Below are positions 26,961 through 40,417 of a stretch of 64,000 bases of DNA, one piece after another. The DNA comes from Vicugna vicugna. Lineage: Eukaryota. Under the pieces are notes generated by a model. It made no database searches and was not told the DNA's origin. It was given only the letters and a program-made list of their open reading frames with translations. Where the stretch lies: contig MU058384.1 in the NCBI GenBank assembly GCA_013265495.1, positions 371,622-435,621 of the forward strand, read 5' to 3'. Every line of letters begins with the position of its first letter. Position 1 is the stretch's first letter. The translations under genes were made by a program, and so were the position numbers.

Positions 26961-28404
26961 GAGTTTTCACATATTGAGTATTTACCCCTCTGCCTGTTTG
27001 GACCATGATCCATGATTCATGATTGCTACATGGCGTGGTGCTTTAAAATATCAAGACCAGCTCAATAGTGTGTATTTGTAAGATTCAATAAGTTAATGCA
27101 TCTAGTAAGCATTGGTAGTTGAATCATACCCTGTAGCTCTTCTATATAGCACAGAGCAAACCGAAAATGAATACAAAGCAGATATGACGGTTCAGATGTA
27201 TAGTATGTATTATTTAGCACAGTTCATACAAATAGCACGTACCCAAACACATGCACACCAAGAAATTACTCTCCATTTTAAAATCTTATTTGCTGGTCAA
27301 GGATTGTTTTAAGTAAAAACGAGTTAAAGCAGCAATAGCTAGGTAAGTCTAGTGGAAAAAAATGCCAGAATCATTGCTAATAAACTACTACAAAAATATA
27401 CATAAATTAAAATGTTTATTGCTGTGGTTTTAGTTTTAATTCAGCCATTAAGGGCTCCTGCACTCAGTTTGTGATAGAGGGTATGTGGCTTCCTCTCGAT
27501 GAAAACAGGAAGATTTATTTTTGGCTAGGGAAAGAATCATCAGTTGTTTTATGTACATCAGCAGCATTATGGTGATTTAAATGTCCTTGTCTTTCGCTTT
27601 TCCACAAGATAAGAGAGATATTAGTAAGTAGGAGTGAATGGGAGAGAAACTCTTATAGGAAAATAGCTACTTGAAAGTGCTAAGAAAGCAATTAGACACC
27701 TGCCTGACTGAGTGGGAAGCAAATGGGTCCCTCCCACTAGGATTACAGAGGAGTAAGGAGATGCACGAGAGAGACGTGGAATAAAGTGATTATGCAGGAG
27801 ATTGGAAGACACAAAAAGTGAAATTCTGAAGTGCAAGGGAGTGGAATGGAAGAGAAGAATTCTCTAAGTATCATGAGAAAAGGAAGGTGGTATTCAAACC
27901 CTGGGAAACCAGCTGAGTGTGAATGCCAGGGTGTAAGCAGGTAAATCCAGAATTTTGAAGGTCAGAGTTAATGTGAGTGACACCAATGAAGAGAAGACAC
28001 CAATGTCAGTTTTTTCTCCCAGGGCAGAGTCTATTTTTGCCCTCGATTTTATACTTTGTGATATTTGCAAATAGGCAAACTCTTTAAAGTATGAGTTTGC
28101 TTGCCAGAAGGAAAAAAAAAGAAAAAAAAGAATATCCAGAAAACAGCTTAAGCTTCCAAGTTTCCTAGCATGGAACTACATTTTTCATTTGTTTTAAGTG
28201 AGAAAGAAGATGAACAAATAAACAAGATAAATGTTGTTTTTACTTTAAAAAGGTATAATTTAATAAGTGGCTCCAGCGTAAATTAATGGAAATCCTGAAA
28301 TAACAAGGGTGACTTAGGAAGACCTCTTTCAGTGAAGCCTGAGCAGAAATGCTTTATTACTTTAAACAGTGAATAATAAAGAGTAATTCAAAGGAATTGA
28401 ATAA

Positions 28405-28945
28405 AGTTACTCAGCCATTGCCTTTCTGCCCAAATCTGTCACCTGGACTCCACAATGCAGTGTTGGGGCTGGGAGTCTGCAAACTAGGTTTCTCCTCTAC
28501 CTCTTGCCTACCTGCCGAAAAGAGACCGGAAGGCAAGAGGAGGGGGCAGCTCCACTCTGTTCCTGATTCAGCCCCTGCCATCATTTCCTTAACGTGAGCA
28601 ATTCCCCCCAGCATCTTGCATTTAGTGCTAGAAAACTAGTAGAACCTGCCTCACCAGAGACCGTCTGAAGTTTCAGTGCCAGAGAGGCAGCCTTCTGTCC
28701 TCAGATACCTGGACTTCAACCCTGCAGGGACCTGTGTTCATGTTCTAGGTTCTTAAAACAGCAGTGTTTTTCTTTACACTCGTCTACTTGTGGAGGCTCA
28801 TCTACTTCCTGCCGCTATGATCTCAGTGTTACCTTAGGACCCTCTTATTGAATTTTTGGTCTTCCGACACTTGTTTAATCAGTTCTTTATATTAAATTCA
28901 TTTTGTTAAATTAACTAGTGGAGGTATTTTTGCTTATATGTGGAA
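28405..28945 (+). mobile_element. LTR33-like ERVL solo LTR
   Basis: ccattgcctttctgcccaaatc...gtgttggggctgggagtctgcaaacta...gagaccggaaggcaagaggaggg...ttctttatattaaattc...taactagtgg. Confidence 0.65.
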
Positions 28946-30734
28946 AAATAGATAAGTAACATTAAATTTTTTTTAAAAACCTCAGAGTCAAGAATCCAAT
29001 ATAAGAAAAAATAGAACTACCAATGAAAAGGTCAGAAAGGTCAAAATGTGTGCCACATTTTCAACCAGTAAAGATTTTAAATCTGGGGTGTTAGAAAAAG
29101 CTATATATTTTTTCATATTCCTTGTTTGTACTTAATCAGTGGAATGGCATTTCTACACTGAGGAAAGCCAAATGTCCAAAAACTTGTTAAAGGCTTTCAA
29201 GATTCATTTATTTTAGCTATTACATTTCCAAGTTGCAAGCTCATTTCTCAAACAAGAAGACTCAATAGATGTCAGTGTTGAGGGGATTTAAAATTCATCC
29301 CCAAATTTATGACTCTCACTTCAAGGGTGAAAGATGGTTTCTAAAGCCAAAGTGACAGAAAAAAAAAAAATACTTGTTTAGGAAAAGAATCAAGTCAGAT
29401 TGAGAAGGAAGCTTACATTCTTCATAACACTGACCTCCACAGAATAAATACAGTACGTTTATATATCACTAGGATTTTTCTAATTTGTGTTCATTGTTAT
29501 GTTAGAACATTGTGTATAATTTCTTCAGGATTTAATTGTACTTGGATTTTCATACTATCCTTCATTAAGTGTTAGCTTTCCTCCATTTTTATATATATTT
29601 TATTGAAGTATACTAACTAATATATATAAAATAAACAAGTTCATATTATATAGCACAAATGTTAGCTTTTTAAAGTAAATTTTTCCAATAACTAAAATGT
29701 TCAACTATGTATGAGTTTTGTCTGAAGAATGAAAAGTTGTTACCATACATCCATCTTTTTTTGTTTTTTAATATGTTTTCTCTGAATCATTTAGAGTATG
29801 ATGATTAGGGAATGTAATCAAGGTCATTCATTCTTAAGATAATCATAATACTGGAAGTAGAATGATTGCTTTTGTTTGAGGAAGTCAGTATCAACACTAT
29901 CTATGACATAATTAATAGTCATATACTTACTCCAGAAGACTCTGGATCCCTAACTATTTAACTATTTTTCAAGCATAGCGTATAGGAACTTTTTGTTGTT
30001 GTTGCTACTGACAGTTCAGCAATTTGAAATAAATGTCATTATTTTACCAACAGAGCACCTAACACTTCTGTGAAACATGGCTCTACAAATCTGAATCTAC
30101 TCTCCTTGGCAACTAAGAGTGGAAATCATTTTAATATACAGTACATCACATAGTTACTCCTTAGAGCTCATGAGACATAAAGGATAGAAGATTTTTCTAC
30201 CAACCATTTCTCATATATCTTTCAATTTTTTATATTTCTACTGTGCTTGTGATTATCAAATCTTCTATAAAGAATAAAATGATTATTAAACCTTCTAAAT
30301 GAGGTCTGAAAAATTGACAATATCATAAAACTCTCACTTCTTGCACATTATTTGTTTTTCCCAATTCTTCCTCCATGCTTTCACTGCTGCCCACTCCTGA
30401 AACATATTTTCAGTAAAATATATTTTTTCTACTATGAATTTAATTTTACAAACTGTACATTTAAAAGAAGGCTAATTAAATATACCAAAATGTTAATAAT
30501 GACTTCTTTCTTGTTGTTGATATTTCTTGGCCTTTTTTCATCCTTTTGTTATCCAAGTTTATATAATAAATATGTATTACTGTTATTATCATGAAAATTC
30601 AGTTAGTTAAAATGAATCCATCTCATCATTATAATGCTCAACTTGAATAATTGAATAAGCTTGAATAATTTTCTGTTCCTTGTGATTTTAAACAATATTT
30701 TCCTTAAAAAGCTTATATTTTATTTATCTCATTT

Positions 30735-31190
30735 CCTTTTTTCCTCTGAGATATAGGCACCAGAAGTGGATTAAATATGTCAGGATTTTATTAGGGGAGA
30801 TACCTATGCAAAATGAAATAGGATAGAGTCGGTGAAGGCTGGAGAGCTCTCAGTCCTCAAAGCAAATCCAACCCCAAGTGAAGGTGTTAGGAGAGATGGT
30901 TGGGGACAAGCATCCTAGACTGCTGAGCACTCTAAAAAAAATTCAGAATAGTCATTAGGAATTCTTTGAATTAAGGAGGACAAGGAGGACAAAGGCTTTC
31001 TGTGTCTTCCAGGTGCAGGCGTGTTTTAATATCCCTTCCACACTAAGTCGTTGGTGGAGACAGCCTACTGAGGTTTATATTCTGCAAAAACAGAAGGAAA
31101 GAAGCAAAAGTACAGCAACTTGGTTAATTTTGCATTCTGCATTAAGAAGTCTGCAGTTGGCATTATCATGGTCACCACGTAGCCCACATA
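30735..31190 (-). mobile_element. LTR16-family ERVL solo LTR
   Basis: ggattaaatatgtcaggattttattaggggagatacctatg...gaaggctggagagctctcag...aaccccaagtgaagg...catcctagactgc. Confidence 0.6.
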
Positions 31191-32599
31191 GTATCTTTCC
31201 CTACATCTAGGTCAATTTCATTCATTCAAATTTGGTTGGCTCCTTTTATGCTCTTCATTATTGATTTTGTTTCTGCTGTTGCGAATGACCTTCATTCTTT
31301 GTCTTACTCATCCTATCCTTGTAGCCCAGTTTCTTCAAGGTCCTAGAAAACTTGCATTCATATCTGACGTAATGGTTTGCATTGCACATCACATAGAATG
31401 CAACACAACATTAAGTGTTGTTTTGTGCTATTACTAACAATAAATTGGTAATAAAAAAAAATTTTATACTCCTTTGTAGTTTACTACTGTTTTATTTATG
31501 TTATTTCATGGATTTCACCTCAAACCAAAAGCCCTAAGCAATGCAAGCCAGAAAGGAAACTGAGCTTGAACTGACTCTATTTATGCACGAAGGAAGTTTG
31601 AGTGAGTTCAGGTAGTTTATTTCACAAGGTCCACCAGTTAGTTACATAACATCATAATTATGTATGGCTTATTATTACAGCTTCAGCTCAGGTACAGTTA
31701 TATCGACCCTTCCTGACTGAAGGAAGATTTGCCTTCCTTATGGAATGAAAAGGCAACAAATATCTGTAATGCTGGGGCATTATCTGAAAATATTTCCCAT
31801 CATCATTTCTGTGAACTTTCAGAGAGAAAAAGCAGTATCAGCAAAAACAAAAAACAAAAAACAAAAAACTGTCTTTGTTGATATTGACCTTTTACCACAT
31901 ATGGATTACTTTTCCGAGTTCCATACTTAAGTTAGGCCTAGAATTATATTTACTGTTTTATGTGTTTCTACTGTATCAGGTAAGACAGTATTATTCTGTT
32001 CCATAATACAGTATAGGAAAATCTAGAATGATGCCTGGAATACAATTTGTACTCAAAAGTGTTTTGTAAACCAATAAAAATAAATCTGTGCAATGAATAT
32101 GTGGACTAAAGAGCAATTTCTATAGTTTTCTATAATATTTGCTAAGTGGCTTTATAGATAGCCCAATAGTGCACATTTAATTTATTCTGATCGAATAGAT
32201 TTACAAAAATATTTTAAGTATAAAAAGATACAAGTGGATTAGGTTTAATATTATTTTATTAAATACTACTTGTAATTGATTTGTGGTCAGAAATTCTATG
32301 TGACATACAGCATGTATCTTTTTGCAAAATTATATTTCCTTTGACATTGAATGATATTCTCCTTTAGTGTATGCACATAAGTGTATATTCCATGTAGATG
32401 TTATTTTACTGTTTTCTGATCTATAAATTTCCATCTCAGAAATTGTTTTGATACATTTATTTAGTTTTATGGACATTGTTTCACATTTAATTTAATGCTG
32501 AAAGTAAATAGCATCTCTTTTAACCACATCCACTTTATATTATTCTGAAATACAGAATTTCAGCTTCAAGTATATTTTTTTTCCCTAAAATGGGTAAGT

Positions 32600-33700
32600 C
32601 TAAGTCTTTACTATATTCGTGTCATGTAGGAATGACGACTTGATGACATACACATTTTTAAAATCACAATTTCCCTTTCAATATTCTTTAAATAATTCTT
32701 CATTTTACGCTCTAAGATGATAGGTTTAAGGCCAGTCTGGGTTTTCATTGTCTTCTAGTCACTTTTCTTCTATCTGCTATGATTATAATTTGTTTCTTAA
32801 TATTAGATTCTAAAATTTTGCTTTTGGTAAATAAAATAGATCTCTTTCATTAGTTTTTCCTAAAATGTGATACTTCAAAAAAAAAAAATTGACCCTGAAG
32901 AAAGGCTTGCCTGGGGACAAAAGGAAACAGATTTCTATAATATTGTGACAGATTCTGAAAATTTAAAAAAAAAAAAGGCGTTAGAGATGTCTCTTGCAGA
33001 GCCTAGAATATTTTATCTCATGTGTCTTTGTTTTCTGGTCTATACAGTTTTATTTTCCTTCTCAGTAGTAGAAAAAAATTTTTTACTTTAAGTATTAGTT
33101 CTTTCCCCTTGATATCTGTTCTTTTAGCTTTCATTGTTTTCACCTTAATATTCTTTTCCTCTGCATTTTGAGTGACATTTGGTTTGATTTTCTAACAATT
33201 TAATGTACTACTCTGCCAAATCTAACTTTATTGTCTATGGAGCTGACTTTAATTATATGTATCTCAGTGGTTTCTGCTGCTTATTTTTCTCAGTATCTCA
33301 CTTCTCACGGTAGATTCTTCTTTCTATTCCAGTTTTTTTTTTTTAAATCATAATGGGACAATATTAATTCCAAGATTAAGTTTGTTGTGTTTGCTTTGTT
33401 TTCTGCCTATTTATTTATTCTTGAAAAAGGAAAATTTTATGTGAACTTCAAATTTTCCAAGCACATACTGACTGACATTGATTCTAATTTTTTGTCTTCA
33501 TTGTTGTTGATACGTCTCTTTGCTTTATCAACAAATAAAAGTATTAAAGTGAGTAGACCACAGCCCGTTTCAAATCTGATAGCAGCATTAAGTCTGTTCA
33601 TCTGTATTGTTCTCTGTTTTGGTTTTCCTTTAGCTTCATTTCTACTTTCTTAACTTTCTAACTTAAGGGTATGTGGAAACCTGAATCACTATCATACATT
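32600..33700 (-). mobile_element. possible ancient L1M/HAL1 ORF1-like remnant
   Basis: strongly T-rich strand asymmetry with L1-like motifs (ttttcctctgcattttgagtga...ttgattttctaac); very diverged. Confidence 0.35.
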
Positions 33701-35925
33701 TCAGCATTCTCCCAGTCTGTTTCTTTATGTCCAGATATTTCTGAAAGTTTCCCTCTTTGAATGGAGGGAGAAAGAATGAATGGATACTTACCTTTCACCA
33801 CATGTGTGTAGGGATGAATGCCCAGGGTTTGGTTATTAAAGACTGAAGGTCTTTCAGCCAAAGGAAAAGGCAAGGTAGAATGGATTGAATACCTTTTGTC
33901 TTCTTTCTGGATGACAGGTCTATTTTGTTTCACAGGAAAGCCATGAGTAGGTCACAGTTGGTAGCATAAAATTTAACTTCATGGAATTTAAAGCTACCAG
34001 GACAACCTACTCCATTCTGGTGATGGGTTCTGGCAGTCTTTGTTTGGGGTAAAATGTGGGAACCCAGCTCTCTTTTTGTTTTTATAGGCATTTTGGTTAG
34101 AATTTAAGAGAAGCTGCATCAGGCTGTCTGCCAGATGTCAATTTAAACTGAGCTCTAAATCTTGCTTTTTAAATCTGAAATCTAATAAAAATAGAAGTTT
34201 CACTTTTAATATTAAGCATAACAATTTTAAATGTTAATACAAAAACATTTAGTAGAGTTTTCCTCACAAGTCACAGGAGTGTAATATAGTGAATCCATTG
34301 TATTATTTGATCTAGATATCTGTTTTACTTAGATCAGCTTTTCAGAGGTAATGAATAAGCTTATCATCATGTCTCATCTTCCCCATAATCTTTTATGGGA
34401 CTGAGTAAGAGGCTTGACAGAAATGTGCTACGGTTGAAGGAATAAATTGACTTTTTGTTGCAATAGTCTTATTAATTAATTCTACATGAAATCCTCTTTT
34501 GCTTTGCTTTTTAGAATATTTAAATAATAGTACATAGTACGTACAATAGTTTTCCTTTTGTTCAACAAAATTTATAAATAATATTACAATTTATTTGGTT
34601 AAGATGCATTTTTAAATGTGACTGTGCTTAGAACTGTCAAAAGTAAATGAAACTGACTTCATGCCTACCAGAAGTCTCCCTCCCCCTTTTTTCTAAGGTA
34701 ATGCCAATTACAAGTCACTGGTCTAGGACCTTGCAAAAACATCCTTTTATAAATCCTTTAAGATGTATAAATGATTATATGATTTAACAAGTTTTCAGGC
34801 TCTTGAAAATAAAAACCAAAGCAAAAAGAAACACGAAACAAAACAAAAAATACAGTTCTTAGGAAATAAAGAGCCACAACCATGACTGATGTATAGCTAA
34901 CAAATTTTATTGCACTCTTACTATTTTACAAAAGATTGGAATTTTAAATGCAGTATAATGTTACTTGTCCACATAAAAAGAAGATAACTGCATTAAAGAA
35001 CACCTGACTTAATTATTAAATAGAATATGTAATAAAGTTCTGAATCTAGAGAATATATCGTTATTAAAATATTTAATCTAAGTCATCAGATGAAATGATT
35101 ATGGCAGAACATTATGCATGCACAAAATGCAAAATCATGACTTTTATTCAAACGCCTGGTTAATAGAAATGGCATTGTGAAAAATGAATAGGCCTGAAAC
35201 GGTGATAGTCTTCACTTTTGTCCTTTTGTTTTTTTTAAAACTGTGTGGCAACCAGACTGGGGAGGGGAAGCTTCTCAAGTGAAGAATGAAGGAGGTGACT
35301 TACATTTAGTATTGCTATATTAATTGCCTTTTCCAATTAACTAATCAGTTTTCCACCCAAATCTTAATGTCAAGATGATTATGTCCTCCTATTCATTGTC
35401 ATTTGACTAACACACTACCACCGAGCCACTATTTTTGTCTATGAAGTCTTGGTATTTCTTTCTTACTCAAAATTTGTTTTTCTGGAAAAATTTATGCATG
35501 CTTGTTACACATTCCACAAAATAATCGTATTATATAATGGAACTAATTTATTTTGTTTAGGTACATCTAATTACAGTTTAAATATTTTAAAATAATTATG
35601 GAATATGAGATATAGTAAGAAAAAGAAAAGGTTTATATTCTAATTGTTAATATCATTCACATATACCTTAAAGTATATGATGTTTGTTTCTGTCTTCCAT
35701 ATTTTCACTCTTTTGAATATCTTAAAAAACAATTGAAATATTTAAAGTTATCATGAGATTTGCATGCATATCAGTAGAACTAAAAGATGGAAGAATAGAT
35801 TATTACATCTTCTGTTAAAATTTAAAAATGTTTCATGTAGAACTAATGTATTAGTTTTCATTCTCCACCTAAGTTTGATGCAATTATTATTACTGTTTTT
35901 TAGAGTAAGGCTTTTCAAGACCATC

Positions 35926-36700
35926 TGTGGTAGGCTAAACAATGGTTTCCCAAAACATACCCAAACACTGATTCTTGAAACCCGTGAATGTTCCTTATAC
36001 AATAGAAAAAGGGATCTGCAGATATAATTAAATTAAGAATCTTGTGTTGGGACACCCTACATGAGTAACACACCACCTTCTTTTCTGTCTCCTTCTGGCT
36101 CTCTCAGGACACACGTGATTGCATTTAGGATCTATCTAAATATCCAAGATAATCCAAGATATCCAGGAAAAATATGTATACTTTAAAATATGAAAGTATT
36201 TATGTATGTGTGTGTATAATATGTATACACATATATATATTTCCAAAATCTACTGAGTAGACTGGCAGGTTGGAGATATCCAGGAACGAGTTGATGTTGT
36301 AGCTTGAGTCTGAAGGCAGTCTGCTGACAGAATTCTCTCTTCCCTGGGGGAAGCCAGTTTTTATCCTAAGGCTTCCAAATGATTGACTGGTTGGATGAGG
36401 TCCACTCACATTTTGGTAGGTCATCTGTTTTACTCATTTACTGATATAAATGTCACCAAAAAAAGCAAGTTCCAGATGTATTTAACCAAATATCTGGACA
36501 TCATAGTCTAGCAAGTTGAAACATTAAATCAAACATTGCAGAAGGCAATTTAAGCAACAAGGGAGGTATGACCACAAGCCAAAGAATGATAGTAGCCACC
36601 AGGGGCTGTAAGAGGCAAAGAACTGAGTCTCCCCTAGAACCTCTGGCTGAAGAGTATCTTTAGCATTCCCTTGATTTTAGCCCACTGATACTGATTTGTT
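35926..36700 (+). mobile_element. MLT1D-like MaLR LTR, interrupted by MLT2 and internally inverted at ~36050-36163
   Basis: 5' tgtggtaggctaaacaatgg...gggatctgcagatataattaaattaagaatcttg; 3' part ccacaagccaaagaatg...agaggcaaagaactgagtctcccctagaacctc...ccttgattttagccca (36541-36700). Confidence 0.8.
36165..36540 (-). mobile_element. MLT2-like ERVL LTR
   Basis: ctggcaggttggaga...gttgatgttgtagcttgagtctgaaggcagtctgctgacagaattctctctt...tggatgaggtccactcacatt...aaccaaatatctgg...agttgaaacattaaatcaaacattgca. Confidence 0.8.
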
Positions 36701-36974
36701 CTAATGTCAGTCATGTCTCTGAGGTAATTATTCCAGTTAGGTTGAAGTAAGTCTTAATGTAGAGAAGAGAGATGTGTGATCAATGAGGGGTCTAGTTGTC
36801 AATCATACAATATAAAGTAATCATTTAAAATCCCACTTATAAAAAAATTATAATGATATTAGCTGAAAGAGCAATGTCTTTTGAGATTACATTTTAAATT
36901 ATTTCTCAGTGAAGTGAAGTCAATTTTTTAAATTCTTATTTAAAATGTACTTCTAAGATTCATTTTGATTTTGT

Positions 36975-37100
36975 AACTCACTGCAATATAAACACAATGA
37001 GGGCAGATACTTGCTCTGTTTGGTTTACTAATGTGTCTCCATCAACACCCAACAAAGCTTATCATGTAAAAGCAAATATATAAATATTTTAAGTAAATAA
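36975..37100 (+). mobile_element. L2 3' tail
   Basis: cactgcaatataaacacaatgagggcagatacttgctctgtttggtttactaatgtgtctcca. Confidence 0.55.
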
Positions 37101-38039
37101 ATCATATTCACAAATTTTAATTTGTATTTATTTATGACCCTTTAAAATACTTTAAAAATAAAATGTTCTCCCCATATTCTAAGCAAGAAAAATCCTGTTT
37201 AGCTTTATTTTTAGATTTTGCAACATAAATGAAATTACTTATGTGAATATTTATAAAGCATATTTTAACTTTCTTATAATTAATGAAATATCAGTTCATG
37301 AATTGTCACTACCAATTTTTGTCCATGAATGCTTATGTAAATTACTTTTAAAGCAAACTAGGCTATTTTAGTGTAAGTGATATCCATGGTTTTAATATAT
37401 ATTCTCTTATTAGTTAACTCATCAGTTTTAATATATGCATACTTCATAGTTAACTGTAATGAAGAGGGCTGGTGTTTTTGCTTCCTAGCCTTAGAAGTTG
37501 TTAATATAAAATTAAGTAAATTATATTAAGAAAAGAACTCAATTGTTGGGTTTCAAATTGAAGCAATTCATTTAAAATTAGAATTGTATGAATGGGAAAA
37601 AAGTATTGATACATTTCAATATTTTTTCGTAAATTGTTGCATAAAAAAATCAATGAAAATGACTTGAAGTATATAGTTTTACTTTGATAAAGTTGTTTCT
37701 CTCTCATCAGTATCCTCTTCAGTAATGTGAATTTTAATTTGCATGATTTATCACATCTTAACATTTATTTGCATAATTAATTAATGTTTTGCTGTGATAC
37801 TCATTCTGATTTCTAAAAGGTGTTGAATTTATCATGTTATATGGGCATAGAAAGGATGAGAAAGTCAGTGTGTTAGTTTCCTGTGGCTCCTGCAGCAAAT
37901 TTTTGTAGATTAAATGCATGGATTATTAGCAATTTATACCTTTACATAAGTAAAATTATTATTCTAGAGTAATAGGAAATCTGAATCAATGCCTTATGAA
38001 GAATGGATCATTATTTAAGAAGAATTATTCAAAACTGAA

Positions 38040-39175
38040 ATAGGAAATTATTATTTATAGTATCATCAAACATAAAGAATTTAGGGATAAATTTAAGTAA
38101 ATATACCCACGCTCTGTACACTGAAACTACAGAATATTCCTGAGAGAAAATAAAGATGATTTAAATAATGGGAAAATACACTGTTTTTATAGGTTGGACT
38201 ATTCAACATTGTTAAGATGTTAATTTTCCACAAATTCATCTATAGATACAATCAAAACCCCAACAGGCCTTTTTGTGTAGTTGTCAAACTGTTCATATGT
38301 TTATATGGTGATTCAATGGGCTTTTAATAGACAAACATTTTGAAAAATAACAATCAAGTTGGAGAACTTAGACTATTTGATTTCAAGATTTACTAAAGAG
38401 CTCCATTAATCAAGATAGCATGGTATTGGCATAAGGGTAGAAACACAGATCAATTGAAGAGAACTGAGAGTCTAGAAATAGACCCAAACAGATGTGGTCA
38501 ATTGATTTCAGGCTAACATGCCAAGTTAGTTCAATAGGGAAAATACAGTCTTTTCAACAAATGGTGCTGGAGCAAATGGGCTTATCATACACAAAAATAT
38601 GAGCCACAAATCTGACCTCATACTCAAAAGTCAACTTAAAATTTATCATAGACCTAAATGTAACACAAAAATATAAATGAAAGCATATGTTCACAAAAAA
38701 CCTTGGATTTAACAATTCCTAGAATTTTTCTTCAAAATGGTAAAAAACTGAAACCGACCCAAATACTTTTCAATAGGTGAATGGTTAAAAAATCTGTGGC
38801 ATATTTATATATATATATAAAATTGAATACTATCCAGAATTAAAAATAAACTATTGATACATGCAACAATATGGATGAATTTCAAAAATAGTAAGTTTAT
38901 GAAGTCATACACAAGAGACTATATAGTTTATTATTATATTTGTGTCAAACTCTAGAAATAGCAAACTTATAATAAAAAGCAGAGCAGTGGTCTCCAGAGT
39001 GCAGATGGAGAGAAAAAATTGACTGCAAAGAAGAACAAGGTAACTTTATAATGTGATGACATTTGTCTATACCTTAATTATGACAGTGGTTGCACTATGT
39101 ACATATTTATCAAAGTTGTACAGTTAAAATTGGTGCATTGCATTGTGTGTAAATTAAAACTGTTTAAAACTAAAA
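38040..39175 (+). mobile_element. L1ME/L1MD-type ORF2 3' part and 3' UTR
   Basis: atttagggataaattta...tcaagatagcatggtattggcataagg...gtcttttcaacaaatggtgctgga...ctattgatacatgcaacaatatggatgaat...tgtgtgtaaatta. Confidence 0.85.
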
Positions 39176-39877
39176 TTGTTTGAAAGACTGTTTCCATAAG
39201 GACTCAGATGCATTAAAATATACATTTTACCATAATTAACAGATCACTCCCAACTAAGAACAGCACAAAGAGTGGGAAAAATAGAAAAGGTGTGAATTTC
39301 CCTCAGATAGTTTTATGATGTTAGTAATATGCTGATTACAAGCCAGATAATGATAGTATGAGACTATAAGCATAAAAATCATAATCTTACATTACTCATA
39401 AACACAATTATAAAAATTCTAAACAAATCAAGTCCATTGGTATAAAAATGTATTCAAAGAAAGGAGTTAGCTGTTTTGCTATTCAAAAATTCTTTCTTAT
39501 GCTGTTAAAAACAACAGATGTTATTATACTAACAAATTAATGGAGGAAAACAAAATCATTTTAATAAATTAAAAACTACTTGATATATTTCAGTATTATT
39601 TCATGATTAATGAAATTAATTTTTCATTTTTCATGATCATCAGAAGATATTAATACACTAGAACCTCTTTTTTTCTCTTTTCAGTTTCATTAGGTAGAAT
39701 TGTTACAATTTGACTGCACATATACAATTTATCGCATCTAAATACATATACACAATATACTGCACATGTTTTTTAAAATTTACTAATATGTACCGTTTAT
39801 TGTTTCTAAGAACATTTAGAGCTTTAGCTTTTTAAACTTACATGGTTATCAAAGGAATAAAGCTGACCACAAAATAA

Positions 39878-40417
39878 GAATTAATTCAGAAGGATACATA
39901 CACCCCACTATTAACAGCAACATTATTTACAATTGCCAAGATATGGAAGCATCCTAAGTGCACATCAGTAGATGAATAGATAAAGAAGATACAGCATATA
40001 TATGTAATGGATACAACTCATCCATAAGAAAGAAGCATATTTTGCCATTTGCAGCTCTTCATTTTTTTTTTTTTACTTCAAAAACTAGAATTTTGTAACT
40101 GGCATAAACATTTCCATTGCATCAAAAACAACAAAATACCTAGAAATAAACTTAACCAAGGAGATTACCTATACTCCAAAAACTGTAAAACATTGAAGAA
40201 GGAAATTGAAGATGATACGAAGAAATGGAAAAATATATTGTGCTCTTGGAGTGGAGGAATCAATATTATCAAAATGGCTTCACTGCCCAAAGCAGTCTGC
40301 AGATTCAGTGCAACCCCTATCAAAATACTAAAATACAACATTTTACATAGAACTAGAACAAACAATTCCAAAATTTATATGGAACCATAAATGACCCGGA
40401 CTGCCAGAGCAATCTTT
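39878..40417 (+). mobile_element. two L1 ORF2 pieces in non-colinear order
   Basis: 39878-40056 is the ORF2 C-terminus (LFTIAKIWKHPKC); 40111-40417 is a more upstream ORF2 part ([31 protein letters not shown]). Confidence 0.85.

Noticed and set aside
37501..37764. 87-aa minus ORF considered as a hAT/Tigger transposase remnant
   Set aside because: No transposase motif or terminal inverted repeats recognisable
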